From: an uncultured Bacilli bacterium
Lineage (GTDB): Bacteria; Bacillota_I; Bacilli_A; RF39; UBA660
Direction: 5' to 3'
DNA: 64,000 bases
Assembly (NCBI GenBank): GCA_934096075.1
Contig: CAKOLN010000005.1
Location: 15,103-79,102, forward strand
The position numbers and the translations under genes were made by a program. Positions 19,043 to 27,449 of this stretch are shown piece after piece. The notes under the pieces are model-generated. The model was not told the origin of the DNA, ran no database searches, and saw nothing but the letters and a program-made list of their open reading frames with translations. Every line of letters starts with the position of its first letter. Positions within the stretch are counted from its first letter, which is position 1.

Positions 19043-20198
19043 AGAATGTATGCTCCTTTACTTTAGTATCAGTTTTATTAGCAGTAATTGTTGCAATATT
19101 TTTCCTATCAATATATCTTTCACTCATGGATGAATTTCTTTTTTCAAATACATTTGTTATTGTTTTGTTTCCAAACACTTTTTTTAGATAATTAGTCTTT
19201 TCAGTTATATCATCAAATATCATAAAGTTATTCGTAATTAAATCATATTTTAAGTTTTCTACCCAGTTAAAAAACGCCTCTTGCCTTTCTGGATATATTT
19301 TCCATTTATCAGCAAAATTTTCATTTTTATTAACAGGATTTGGAATAACATAATTTCCGTTAGAGTCTATTTCTATGTACTCTTCATACGATGTACAAAA
19401 CTTATCAATTAAATCCAAAATACTTTCATTTCCAGAATACATTTTCCCAACTAAAGTCGTTATTATAATTGATATTGGTTTACATTCTTTTTCTTCATCA
19501 GTAGCATTAGCATATTGTATATCTCTATGTCTTTTTAATATTTGAATTGCTTTTTGAAGAGTAGTTCTAATTCCAAAATTTCTCAAATCTTCAACTTTAT
19601 TTGAGAATTGTCGATTCTTTATTCTATATAAATTTCTTCGTTCGTTCTCTTGTAATTTATCAAACCAATCTGCATATGCTTCAGGATTAGATACCATATA
19701 TTTATAGCTGTTATTCTCTTTATGTGTTATTTTTATTGATTTGTCAGTTATGTTATTTGGTATTGATGGCAATATATCCATATGAAAATGTGAATCATCA
19801 GAATAATTTAATGTCCAACACCTTTTTCCCTCATCAGCTAACATTTTTTTATATCTTTCACTTTTCTTTAAAGCATTACCAACTAATTCTTTTAAATCTT
19901 TTGGAGAATCAAAATTGTTATGTATTTTACAAACAGCATCTAAATCATAATCATCATCATCGCCTATAGGTTTTATTAAAGTTCCAAGATTCATTGATCC
20001 TTGTGGATAAACTTCAACAGGGTATTCAATATTGTTTTCCAAAAATTCTCCTAATGCTTTATAACTCCTTTTTGCATTTTCAAACACACTATCTGATATA
20101 TTGAGTTCTTCTGCTATATTTTCATAAATCTCGTTTATTATTTCTTTATCTTTCATCTTTAGCCTCCTTATCATAATAAACAAAAGAGGCAACACCAA
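19032..20198 (-). CDS. cGAS/DncV-like nucleotidyltransferase (CD-NTase / SMODS-type, Pol-beta superfamily)
   Basis: YPQGSMNLGTLIKPIGDDDDYDLDAV has the GS-x9-13-DxD layout. A third acidic site HFHMDILPS lies about 65 aa downstream. The protein is 388 aa, and the RBS is AAGGAGG. Confidence 0.6.
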   Translation of the reverse strand: MVLPLLFIMIRRLKMKDKEIINEIYENIAEELNISDSVFENAKRSYKALGEFLENNIEYPVEVYPQGSMNLGTLIKPIGDDDDYDLDAVCKIHNNFDSPKDLKELVGNALKKSERYKKMLADEGKRCWTLNYSDDSHFHMDILPSIPNNITDKSIKITHKENNSYKYMVSNPEAYADWFDKLQENERRNLYRIKNRQFSNKVEDLRNFGIRTTLQKAIQILKRHRDIQYANATDEEKECKPISIIITTLVGKMYSGNESILDLIDKFCTSYEEYIEIDSNGNYVIPNPVNKNENFADKWKIYPERQEAFFNWVENLKYDLITNNFMIFDDITEKTNYLKKVFGNKTITNVFEKRNSSMSERYIDRKNIATITANKTDTKVKEHTFFGK

Positions 20199-20562
20199 CC
20201 ACCATTTAAAGCGGTTTATTCAAGTAAATAAAAATACATATTGATCTTCTTCCTAGTTAGAATATGTAAACCAATATGCACTACATTTATTATACAATTG
20301 ACTTTTAAAATCATTTTGTGTTAATATTAATATAGGAATTGATTTATTCATTCATTCAATTCTCCAAATATTTCTTTTAAATATTTGCTTTTTAATTTAT
20401 TGGGTAGTTGGGTGCTACCTATAAGGAAATATGCTTTTGCTCTTAAGCATATTTTTTTGTCGTTTATTGACATACGTTCCTTATAAGGACAATATACCAC
20501 AAAAATGTGTTATTAGCAATAGAAATGCATCAGTGCTAATTGTTTTTTTATTTAAATTGTTA

Positions 20563-20586
20563 AAAAGATACTTTTTCAAGTATCTT
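20563..20586 (-). terminator. copy 2 of the palindromic hairpin terminator, ~60 bp inside the right end of the element
   Basis: The minus strand reads AAGATACTTgaaaAAGTATCTTTTTAACAATTT. It is positioned to stop read-through from the host amidase promoter into the cassette. Confidence 0.5.
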
Positions 20587-20642
20587 TAAACTTTTGCATT
20601 TATTATTATTCATAGTCATTCACTTATTTTGGATTTATCCTA

Positions 20643-20685
20643 TTCCTCCATGCCCAGCATCAATAACAACACCTTTTAACGCCAT
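20643..20685 (-). pseudogene. 5' fragment of the split amidase gene (MALKGVVIDAGHGG-IG*)
   Basis: The RBS AGGTGA is at 20691-20696 and the ATG at 20683-20685. The frame ends 2 codons past HGG, at the junction with the element. Confidence 0.65.
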
Positions 20686-20809
20686 TTAAATCACCTAGTT
20701 TATTGTATGATTTATTAGAAAAAAAGTTAATTTTATTAAATCTAAATCGCCTATGATATTTGATTTTATAAATTATATTATACGAATTTAACATTTAATC
20801 AAAAAAAGG

Positions 20810-20838
20810 TTGACAAAACAACCCTTTTAGTTTAGTAT
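20810..20838 (+). promoter_or_regulatory. sigma-A-like promoter TTGACA-17-TAGTAT driving a short structured transcript
   Basis: The -35 TTGACA is at 20810-20815, the spacer is 17 nt and the -10 TAGTAT is at 20833-20838. Confidence 0.4.
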
Positions 20839-20845
20839 ATAGACT

Positions 20846-20947
20846 TACCAATTCACTTATAGGCGAATTGGTGCTAGTATCACACTAGCCAACCCCTTTT
20901 TATTCTTTTTTCCGGATTGCTCTCAGGGGGGCAATCCTTTTATTATG
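20846..20947 (+). ncRNA. candidate ~100-nt sRNA with three hairpins and an intrinsic terminator
   Basis: The hairpins are CCAATTC-N8-GAATTGG, GCTAGT-N5-ACTAGC and GGATTGC-N9-GCAATCC followed by TTTTATT. The segment is GC-richer than its surroundings. It lies between the amidase promoter and the PFOR stop, and no ORF is present. Confidence 0.35.
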
Positions 20948-23900
20948 TTATTTTTTAGATATGTTTACATAGTATTCATATCTTTTTTTTGCATTCCTCA
21001 TATGCTCTGCATATAACTTATTATAATCTTCTTTATTAATCTCCTGTAAATTCTTATATCTCATTTCTTTTTCAAAAACAGTTTCATATAAACTAAAATT
21101 AGGTTCTTTAGAATCAATTGTTAACTTATCTTCATCAGGATTATATCTCATCAAAATATTATATCCACTTTCTACCAACAATTTTTGTTCATCAATACTA
21201 TTTTTTAACCCACCTCTTATACCATGTGCAATACAAGGACTATAAGCAATAATAACACTAGGCCCATTATGTTCATTAGCCTCTTTAAATGCCTTAATAG
21301 TTTGCATATCATTAGCCCCGGCACTAATACTTGCAACATAACAATTAGGTATATCCATAGCTACCTTAAATAAATCTTTCTTAGGTTTCAATTTACCATA
21401 ACTAGAAAACTCAGCTATTGCCCCAATTCTAGTTGATTTAGATGTCTGACCACCAGTATTAGAATAAACTTCAGTATCTAAAACCAAAACTTTAACATTA
21501 TCACCACTTCTAAGAACATGATCAAGTCCACCATAACCAATATCATATGCCCATCCATCTCCACCTACTATCCAAACCTTTCTAGAAGGTATATAATCTA
21601 ACAAACTTCTAAGCTCACTTGGTATACTAGATTGACTTAATTTTTCCTTTACTTCATTAGTAATATTTACATCTTCACTATTATCTATCCATAACTTATA
21701 AGTATCTTTTACCTCTTTACTAACCTCATCCTTAGTTTCTATCATAATCTCTTTTATTCTATTTCTAGCATTCTTATACCCAGTATAAATTCCATATCCA
21801 AACTCAGCATTATCTTCAAAAAGAGAACTTATCCATGGTGTTTTATAAGGTGTACAAGGTAAACTTGCTCCATAAATAGAACTACATCCAGTAGCGTTAC
21901 TAATAACTATTTCTCCCTTAAATAAACTTGTTAAAGTCTTTAAATAAACAGTCTCACCACAACCAGCACAAGCACCAGGAAACTCTAAATCAGGCTTAAT
22001 AAATCCAAGTCCTTTAACACTAAACTTAGAAAAATGTTCATCATTACAAACATTATCTTTAAAATAGTCACAAATCATATCTTCATCTTTAATAGGACTA
22101 CCCATTACTAAAGCCTTCTCTCCATTCTTTCCAGGACAAACCTTAGAACACAATGTACATCCAGTACAATTATCACTATTAATACTTATGTAAAATCCTT
22201 TATTCTCTTCTCCCATACTTTTAATGGTTTCTTCCTTCTTAATAGGACTTCTATTTACATCCTCTTCTGTCAAAGAAACAGGTTTAATAACTGAATGTGG
22301 ACAAATGAATGCACACTTATTACATTGAATACAATTTTCTTTACACCAATTAGGTACTAAATTAGATATTTTTCTCTTATCAGAAGCACTACTTCCACCT
22401 TCAAAAGTACCATCTTCATGATTAATAAAATCACTAACTTTAAGCATATTACCTCTTCTAATAATCATCTTGTCAATCATAGTGTAATCTTTATCTTCTT
22501 CACTTTCAAAAGTTAATACTTTCTTATCAAATTCTCTTAAATAATCAATACTCTCATCTATAGCATTTATATTATTTAAAACAACATCATTACCCTTATC
22601 ACTATAAGTCTTTCTTACCATTTCTTTAAACTTAACTAAATCTTCTCCACTAAGTCCAAGCATTTTTAATATATAGAAAGAGATAACATTATTAATTTTA
22701 CCATTCAAATTATATTTCTTAGATAAACTATCAGCATCACTTATAAAAACTTTAATATTATTATTTTTAATAATTTCTTTCATCTTTAATGTCATACACT
22801 TATTAAGATCAATATCATTCATACTAGTATTAATAAGTAGAATACCATTGTTTTTAATACCTTCTAATAAATCATATTTACTCAAATAAGAATCTTTAGA
22901 AACTACAACTAAATTAGGACTTGTCAAATAATAAGGAGCATTTATTTTATTTTTACTAATTCTTAAATGACTAATTGTAACTCCACCACTTTTTTTAGAA
23001 TCATATTCAAAATACCCCTGTACATAATTTTCAGGTTTACTTCCAATTACTTTAATTATATTCTTACTAGCACTTACCATTCCATCTGAACCAAAACCAA
23101 ACACTTTAATTTCTCTATAATCAGTTTTAAGATTATATTCTTTAACAGTTAAACTAGTATTAGTAACATCATCTATAATACCTAATGTAAAATGATCTTT
23201 CATTTTCATTTTTTCCATATTATCAAATACTGCTTTAATATCCTCTGGTCCAACATTTTTACTAGATAAACCATATCTTCCACCTACTATATCAATGTTT
23301 TCTCCCTTTAAAGACATAACAACATCTAAATAAAGTGGTTCAGCTAAACTACCTGCTTCTTTAGTTCTATCAAGTACTGTAATTTTTTCAACGCTTTTAG
23401 GTAAAACATTTAAGAAATATTTAGAACTCCAAGGCCTATAAAGTCTAACAACAATAACCCCTGTACTATAACCATTATTATTTAAATCATCCACCACACT
23501 TCTAATAGTATCTGTAACGCTTCCCATAGCTACAATAACATGTTTAGCATTCCTATCTCCATAATAGTTAAATGGTTTATAGTTTTCACCACTAATTTCA
23601 TTTATATCTTCCATATATTTATTTACTATATCAGGTAACTCTTCATAATATTTATTTCTAACTTCTGTATTTTGAAAATAAACATCTTCAGTTTCACTAC
23701 ATCCTCTTGTAATACTTTTACCTATATTTAAACTATTATTTCTAAATCTATATACACTTTCCATATCTATTAATGGTTTTATATCATCACTTTCTAAAGT
23801 ATATATTTTATTTAATTCATGACTTGTTCTAAATCCATCAAAAAAGTGTAAAAAAGGTACTCTTCCCTTGATACTGGATAAATGACTAACTAATGCTAAA

Positions 23901-24349
23901 TTATATGCATCCTGAACAGAAGCACTACTTAAGATAGCGAAACCTGTACTTCTAGTACTATATATATCTTGATGATCTCCAAATATAGATAATGCATGTG
24001 TAGATAAACTTCTAGCTGCCACATGAATAACACCAGGTAAAAGTTCTCCAGCCATCTTATACATACTAGGTATCATTAATAATAATCCTTGACTAGCAGT
24101 AAATGTAGTTGCAAGTCTACCACTTTGTAAAGCCCCATGCATCATTGCACTAGCACCTGCTTCACTTTGCATTTCAATAACACTTACTTTTTCATTAAAT
24201 ATATTTTTTCTCCCCATACTTGCCCATTTATCACACATAGTCGCCATAGCGCTAGAAGGGGTTATTGGATAAATCCCACTTACTTCTGTAAAATTATAAG
24301 CAGCAGTCAAACATGCTTCATTTCCATCCATTACACTTGTTATTTTCAT
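20948..24349 (-). CDS. nifJ: pyruvate:ferredoxin (flavodoxin) oxidoreductase
   Basis: The ORF is 1133 aa. It has 4Fe-4S ferredoxin motifs (CIQCNKCAFICPH and CTGCTLCSKVCP) and a TPP-binding GGDGW motif. The domain order is that of single-polypeptide PFOR. Confidence 0.9.
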   Translation of the reverse strand: MKITSVMDGNEACLTAAYNFTEVSGIYPITPSSAMATMCDKWASMGRKNIFNEKVSVIEMQSEAGASAMMHGALQSGRLATTFTASQGLLLMIPSMYKMAGELLPGVIHVAARSLSTHALSIFGDHQDIYSTRSTGFAILSSASVQDAYNLALVSHLSSIKGRVPFLHFFDGFRTSHELNKIYTLESDDIKPLIDMESVYRFRNNSLNIGKSITRGCSETEDVYFQNTEVRNKYYEELPDIVNKYMEDINEISGENYKPFNYYGDRNAKHVIVAMGSVTDTIRSVVDDLNNNGYSTGVIVVRLYRPWSSKYFLNVLPKSVEKITVLDRTKEAGSLAEPLYLDVVMSLKGENIDIVGGRYGLSSKNVGPEDIKAVFDNMEKMKMKDHFTLGIIDDVTNTSLTVKEYNLKTDYREIKVFGFGSDGMVSASKNIIKVIGSKPENYVQGYFEYDSKKSGGVTISHLRISKNKINAPYYLTSPNLVVVSKDSYLSKYDLLEGIKNNGILLINTSMNDIDLNKCMTLKMKEIIKNNNIKVFISDADSLSKKYNLNGKINNVISFYILKMLGLSGEDLVKFKEMVRKTYSDKGNDVVLNNINAIDESIDYLREFDKKVLTFESEEDKDYTMIDKMIIRRGNMLKVSDFINHEDGTFEGGSSASDKRKISNLVPNWCKENCIQCNKCAFICPHSVIKPVSLTEEDVNRSPIKKEETIKSMGEENKGFYISINSDNCTGCTLCSKVCPGKNGEKALVMGSPIKDEDMICDYFKDNVCNDEHFSKFSVKGLGFIKPDLEFPGACAGCGETVYLKTLTSLFKGEIVISNATGCSSIYGASLPCTPYKTPWISSLFEDNAEFGYGIYTGYKNARNRIKEIMIETKDEVSKEVKDTYKLWIDNSEDVNITNEVKEKLSQSSIPSELRSLLDYIPSRKVWIVGGDGWAYDIGYGGLDHVLRSGDNVKVLVLDTEVYSNTGGQTSKSTRIGAIAEFSSYGKLKPKKDLFKVAMDIPNCYVASISAGANDMQTIKAFKEANEHNGPSVIIAYSPCIAHGIRGGLKNSIDEQKLLVESGYNILMRYNPDEDKLTIDSKEPNFSLYETVFEKEMRYKNLQEINKEDYNKLYAEHMRNAKKRYEYYVNISKK

Positions 24350-24444
24350 CTTATCACCTATCCTAAAATAATTTTACCAAATTTTTAATAAAAAGTCTTT
24401 ATAAGGTATTAAAATAATATAAATTTATAATTATTGTTAATGCA

Positions 24445-24499
24445 TTGCATATTTTTCATACGAATATTTGCACACATTTGCATATTTTTCATACGAATA
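24445..24499. repeat. tandem 22-bp direct repeat (TTGCATATTTTTCATACGAATA x2, period 33 bp) in the PFOR promoter region
   Basis: The copies are at 24445..24466 and 24478..24499, about 100-150 bp upstream of the nifJ start. Confidence 0.6.
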
Positions 24500-24510
24500 A
24501 CTTTAACTTA

Positions 24511-24533
24511 ATAAAAAAAGACTCTAAAGTCTT
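24511..24533 (-). terminator. terminator of the glycopolymer operon
   Basis: The minus strand reads AAGACTttagAGTCTT followed by TTTTTTT. The hairpin overlaps the stop codon of 24532..25020. Confidence 0.55.
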
Positions 24534-25020
24534 AATTATTATCAATAAAATTCTCTATAAGTTTTACCATATTATTAGTATTACTCTTATACTTTTTATT
24601 TTTAAATTTCTTAGAATCTTCTATAGCCTTCTTTAAATCCTTTGGATCATAACAAGGAATAATAAATCCCATTTTAGCAAATTGTTTAATAATTTGTAAT
24701 TGATGATCATTAACAGCTTCCTTATACTTTGCTAGTCTTGGACAAGCAATTACAACTTTACCATTATTTATTCCATCAGTTATAGTACCTACTCCACCAT
24801 GCGCTATTATAAGACTTGCCTCACTTACTATCTTTTTAAATTCATCCATTGGAAGTAAATTAAACATTTTCATATTTTTAGACTTAAACTTAGTTTTACC
24901 ACATTGCACTATTACTTCTTCTTTAATAGTACCATCAAATATGCACTTATCAACTGCCTTCAAAAGCCTATCAAATGGTGCATCTTGTGTACCTACAGTT
25001 ACAAATATCAATATATCCAC
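24532..25020 (-). CDS. Alg13-like glycosyltransferase subunit (GT28 C-terminal domain; EpsF/Cps14G-type)
   Basis: ILIFVTVGTQ...FDRL...LIIAHGGVGTI matches the Alg13/MurG C-terminal-domain pattern. Confidence 0.6.
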   Translation of the reverse strand: MDILIFVTVGTQDAPFDRLLKAVDKCIFDGTIKEEVIVQCGKTKFKSKNMKMFNLLPMDEFKKIVSEASLIIAHGGVGTITDGINNGKVVIACPRLAKYKEAVNDHQLQIIKQFAKMGFIIPCYDPKDLKKAIEDSKKFKNKKYKSNTNNMVKLIENFIDNN

Positions 25021-26609
25021 CCCCCAAATGTTGCATCAGGATAATTATCTAACATACTTTCCCATTGAACTATAAACAAATCAGCAAATTTATAAACTAA
25101 ACTACCTGTTATAGTCTTTGTTTCACTATTAGCGAATGTTTCTATAAAAATTATCTTACTACCTAAAATATGTCCTAATAAACACATTGGTCCAGCTGTA
25201 TGTGCTCCAGTAGAAATAATATATTGTGGTCTAAACTTAATATAATAATATAAACTTCTAAATGAATTCATAATTATCTTAAACACATAAGTAAACATAT
25301 GCTTTCTAGTTCCAAAAATCATCATTCCTACTTTTTTTCTACCATACTTATTCTTAAGATTTCTATTAGACTCAGTATTCTCAGTAATTAAAAAATAATT
25401 ATACTTATTAAACATACTCTTAAGCATTAACATTTCATTTAAATGTCCACCAGTACTAGATATAAACATAACTCTTTTTCTACTACAATTACCTACTTCT
25501 TTTAATAAAGATAACCACTCTTTTTTTATGACATCAGGAGTATATTCTTCAACACTTTTCTTAGCATTATTGGCAAATCTTTTTAATACTTTATTATTAT
25601 TTAATAAATCTATAACACACTTAGCAAACTCTTCTTTATTTCTATCCTTAATTAAGATACCTTTTCCATCACTTAAAAGAACTCTAGGTCCAACAGAAGA
25701 ATCAAAAGCAACTACTGGTACTCCCATATTCATTGATTCTAATATTACTAATCCAAAACTTTCAACTAAACTAGTCATGCAAAATATACTAGACTTTAAA
25801 AGTTCACTTCTAATCTCTTCTTGGTTTAAGAAACCAGTTAATCTAATATTATTCTCTAACTTAAGTTCTTTAATTCTATTTTGAATATTTTCTTTCTCTT
25901 CTCCGTCACCTACTAAAGTTAACTTAACATCTTTATCCATTTTAACTATAATAGACATTATATCAATTAAATCAATAAAACCTTTTTCCTTAGAAAGTCT
26001 ACCTACCGCTATAATATTCTTAGTACTTAAATCACTCTTTTCCTTAGATATTTCATCTATAAAATTATTTATACTTACAGCTTTAAGTCCTATCTCTTTT
26101 CTATAAATATCTCTTATTTCACTATTAACTAAAACTAATCTATCATAATTAGTAGTGCTCTTAATTAATTCCTTCTTATATTTTTTACTAGGATAATTAT
26201 GATCCGTTGCTATTAATTTAATATTACTTTTCTTAAGTATTTTATTAGCTAACTTAGTTTCATATGTTCTAGTAGTAATCAAATAATCAGTATCTAACTC
26301 TTTAAGTGCTTTCTTAGTTCTAGATTTCTTCAATCTTAATATTTTAACTGCCTTAAATAATTCAGTTATTAATTTAAAATATTTCTTTCTTCTAATACAT
26401 TTTTTTATCTCATCTTTATTAGGTCCACCATCTATTAAATATGTAATTTTTATCTTATTATTTATATTGAATGATGGTACTTCTTTAAGCTTATATGTAA
26501 TAATCATTTCTATTTCATAATCATCACATAACATTTTACTTAAACTAGAAATATACTTTTCTATTCCACCTACACCTAAATGTAAAGACAATATTGTAAT
26601 TTTCTTCAT
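25008..26609 (-). CDS. fusion protein: GT4 glycosyltransferase (N-terminal ~370 aa) + Alg14-like domain (C-terminal ~150 aa)
   Basis: The N-terminal part has GT4 features (ILSLHLGVGGIEKY, ESFGLVILESMNMGVPVVA). The C-terminal part (RVMFISSTGGHLNEML...ISTGAHTAGPMCLLG...FIETFAN) is Alg14/Cps14F-like. Confidence 0.55.
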   Translation of the reverse strand: MKKITILSLHLGVGGIEKYISSLSKMLCDDYEIEMIITYKLKEVPSFNINNKIKITYLIDGGPNKDEIKKCIRRKKYFKLITELFKAVKILRLKKSRTKKALKELDTDYLITTRTYETKLANKILKKSNIKLIATDHNYPSKKYKKELIKSTTNYDRLVLVNSEIRDIYRKEIGLKAVSINNFIDEISKEKSDLSTKNIIAVGRLSKEKGFIDLIDIMSIIVKMDKDVKLTLVGDGEEKENIQNRIKELKLENNIRLTGFLNQEEIRSELLKSSIFCMTSLVESFGLVILESMNMGVPVVAFDSSVGPRVLLSDGKGILIKDRNKEEFAKCVIDLLNNNKVLKRFANNAKKSVEEYTPDVIKKEWLSLLKEVGNCSRKRVMFISSTGGHLNEMLMLKSMFNKYNYFLITENTESNRNLKNKYGRKKVGMMIFGTRKHMFTYVFKIIMNSFRSLYYYIKFRPQYIISTGAHTAGPMCLLGHILGSKIIFIETFANSETKTITGSLVYKFADLFIVQWESMLDNYPDATFGGWIY

Positions 26610-26673
26610 AATACTCCTCTTGTTAATATTATACCATGCAATAGTAATAATATTTAAAAAAAATAAAATTCTA

Positions 26674-27318
26674 TTAAAATTTTATTTTAAGTATACATAC
26701 TATTATAGCTATAATTCCCATAATTGACAACATAATTTTTTCTCTAGCTGTTGGTTTTTTTAATTTAATAGGTATTATGTAAGATAAACCAAGTAAAAGT
26801 AGTGTTACTGGAAATATTATATATCTAAACTTTCTACCTATTAAAAATGTAACAAAATATACCATAGGTATTACTATAGCACTTGCTGTAATAGGAACAC
26901 CTAAAAATTCATCATGTTTACCTTTTTTAGTAGTAGATAACATATTAAAGTATGCTAATCTTATTACACCACATAATACAAAGAACACACTAATAGCATA
27001 AGTATAAACATTTTGTACTGTTAAATTTAAAGATATTAACATTGGAAGTACTCCAAAACTAATAGCGTCACTTAAACTATCTAACTCAATCCCATATATC
27101 TGATGTTCTTTCAAACTAAAAAACCTTCTAGCAACTACCCCATCAAATGCATCACAAATAGCTGCAAAAATTAAACAAAAAACTGCAAATGTTGTTTTAA
27201 AATTATAAGCACAAATAATTCCACTAATAGCGAAACATGTCCCTAACATAGTAACAAAATCACATTTTCTATATACACCAATTACTTTCATAAAATCACT
27301 TTTCCTTACTAACAACAA
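26674..27318 (-). CDS. CDP-alcohol phosphatidyltransferase family protein
   Basis: DAFDGVVARRF...GIELDSLSD fits the D-x2-DG-x2-AR...G-x3-D-x3-D motif. The protein is multi-TM. Confidence 0.6.
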   Translation of the reverse strand: MLLVRKSDFMKVIGVYRKCDFVTMLGTCFAISGIICAYNFKTTFAVFCLIFAAICDAFDGVVARRFFSLKEHQIYGIELDSLSDAISFGVLPMLISLNLTVQNVYTYAISVFFVLCGVIRLAYFNMLSTTKKGKHDEFLGVPITASAIVIPMVYFVTFLIGRKFRYIIFPVTLLLLGLSYIIPIKLKKPTAREKIMLSIMGIIAIIVCILKIKF

Positions 27319-27449
27319 TTATACTATAAGTATGTATGAAATGCAATTTAAATGTTATTAACTAAAACTATATAAAAACATTAACATAAAAATTAATCAA
27401 GACACTATCACATTTTCCTAAAGACTTTTAAAAAAAGACAATATTTCTA

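Larger units (their letters stand above)
11494..20644. mobile_element. ~9.15 kb integrated mobilisable element (large serine recombinase + MobV relaxase; Tn4451/IME-like architecture) inserted in the amidase gene
   Basis: Host amidase codons abut both ends. The element carries a serine recombinase (11910..13535), a MobV relaxase (16481..17750), XRE/HTH regulators and a nucleotidyltransferase cassette. CCTCC is present at both junctions (11489-11493 and 20645-20649). Confidence 0.7.

Noticed and set aside
24137-24636. Two + strand ORFs (24137..24388 and 24445..24636) around the nifJ start
   Set aside because: The first is antisense to nifJ. The second is an artefact of the tandem 22-bp promoter repeat (HIFHTN repeated) and low-complexity sequence.
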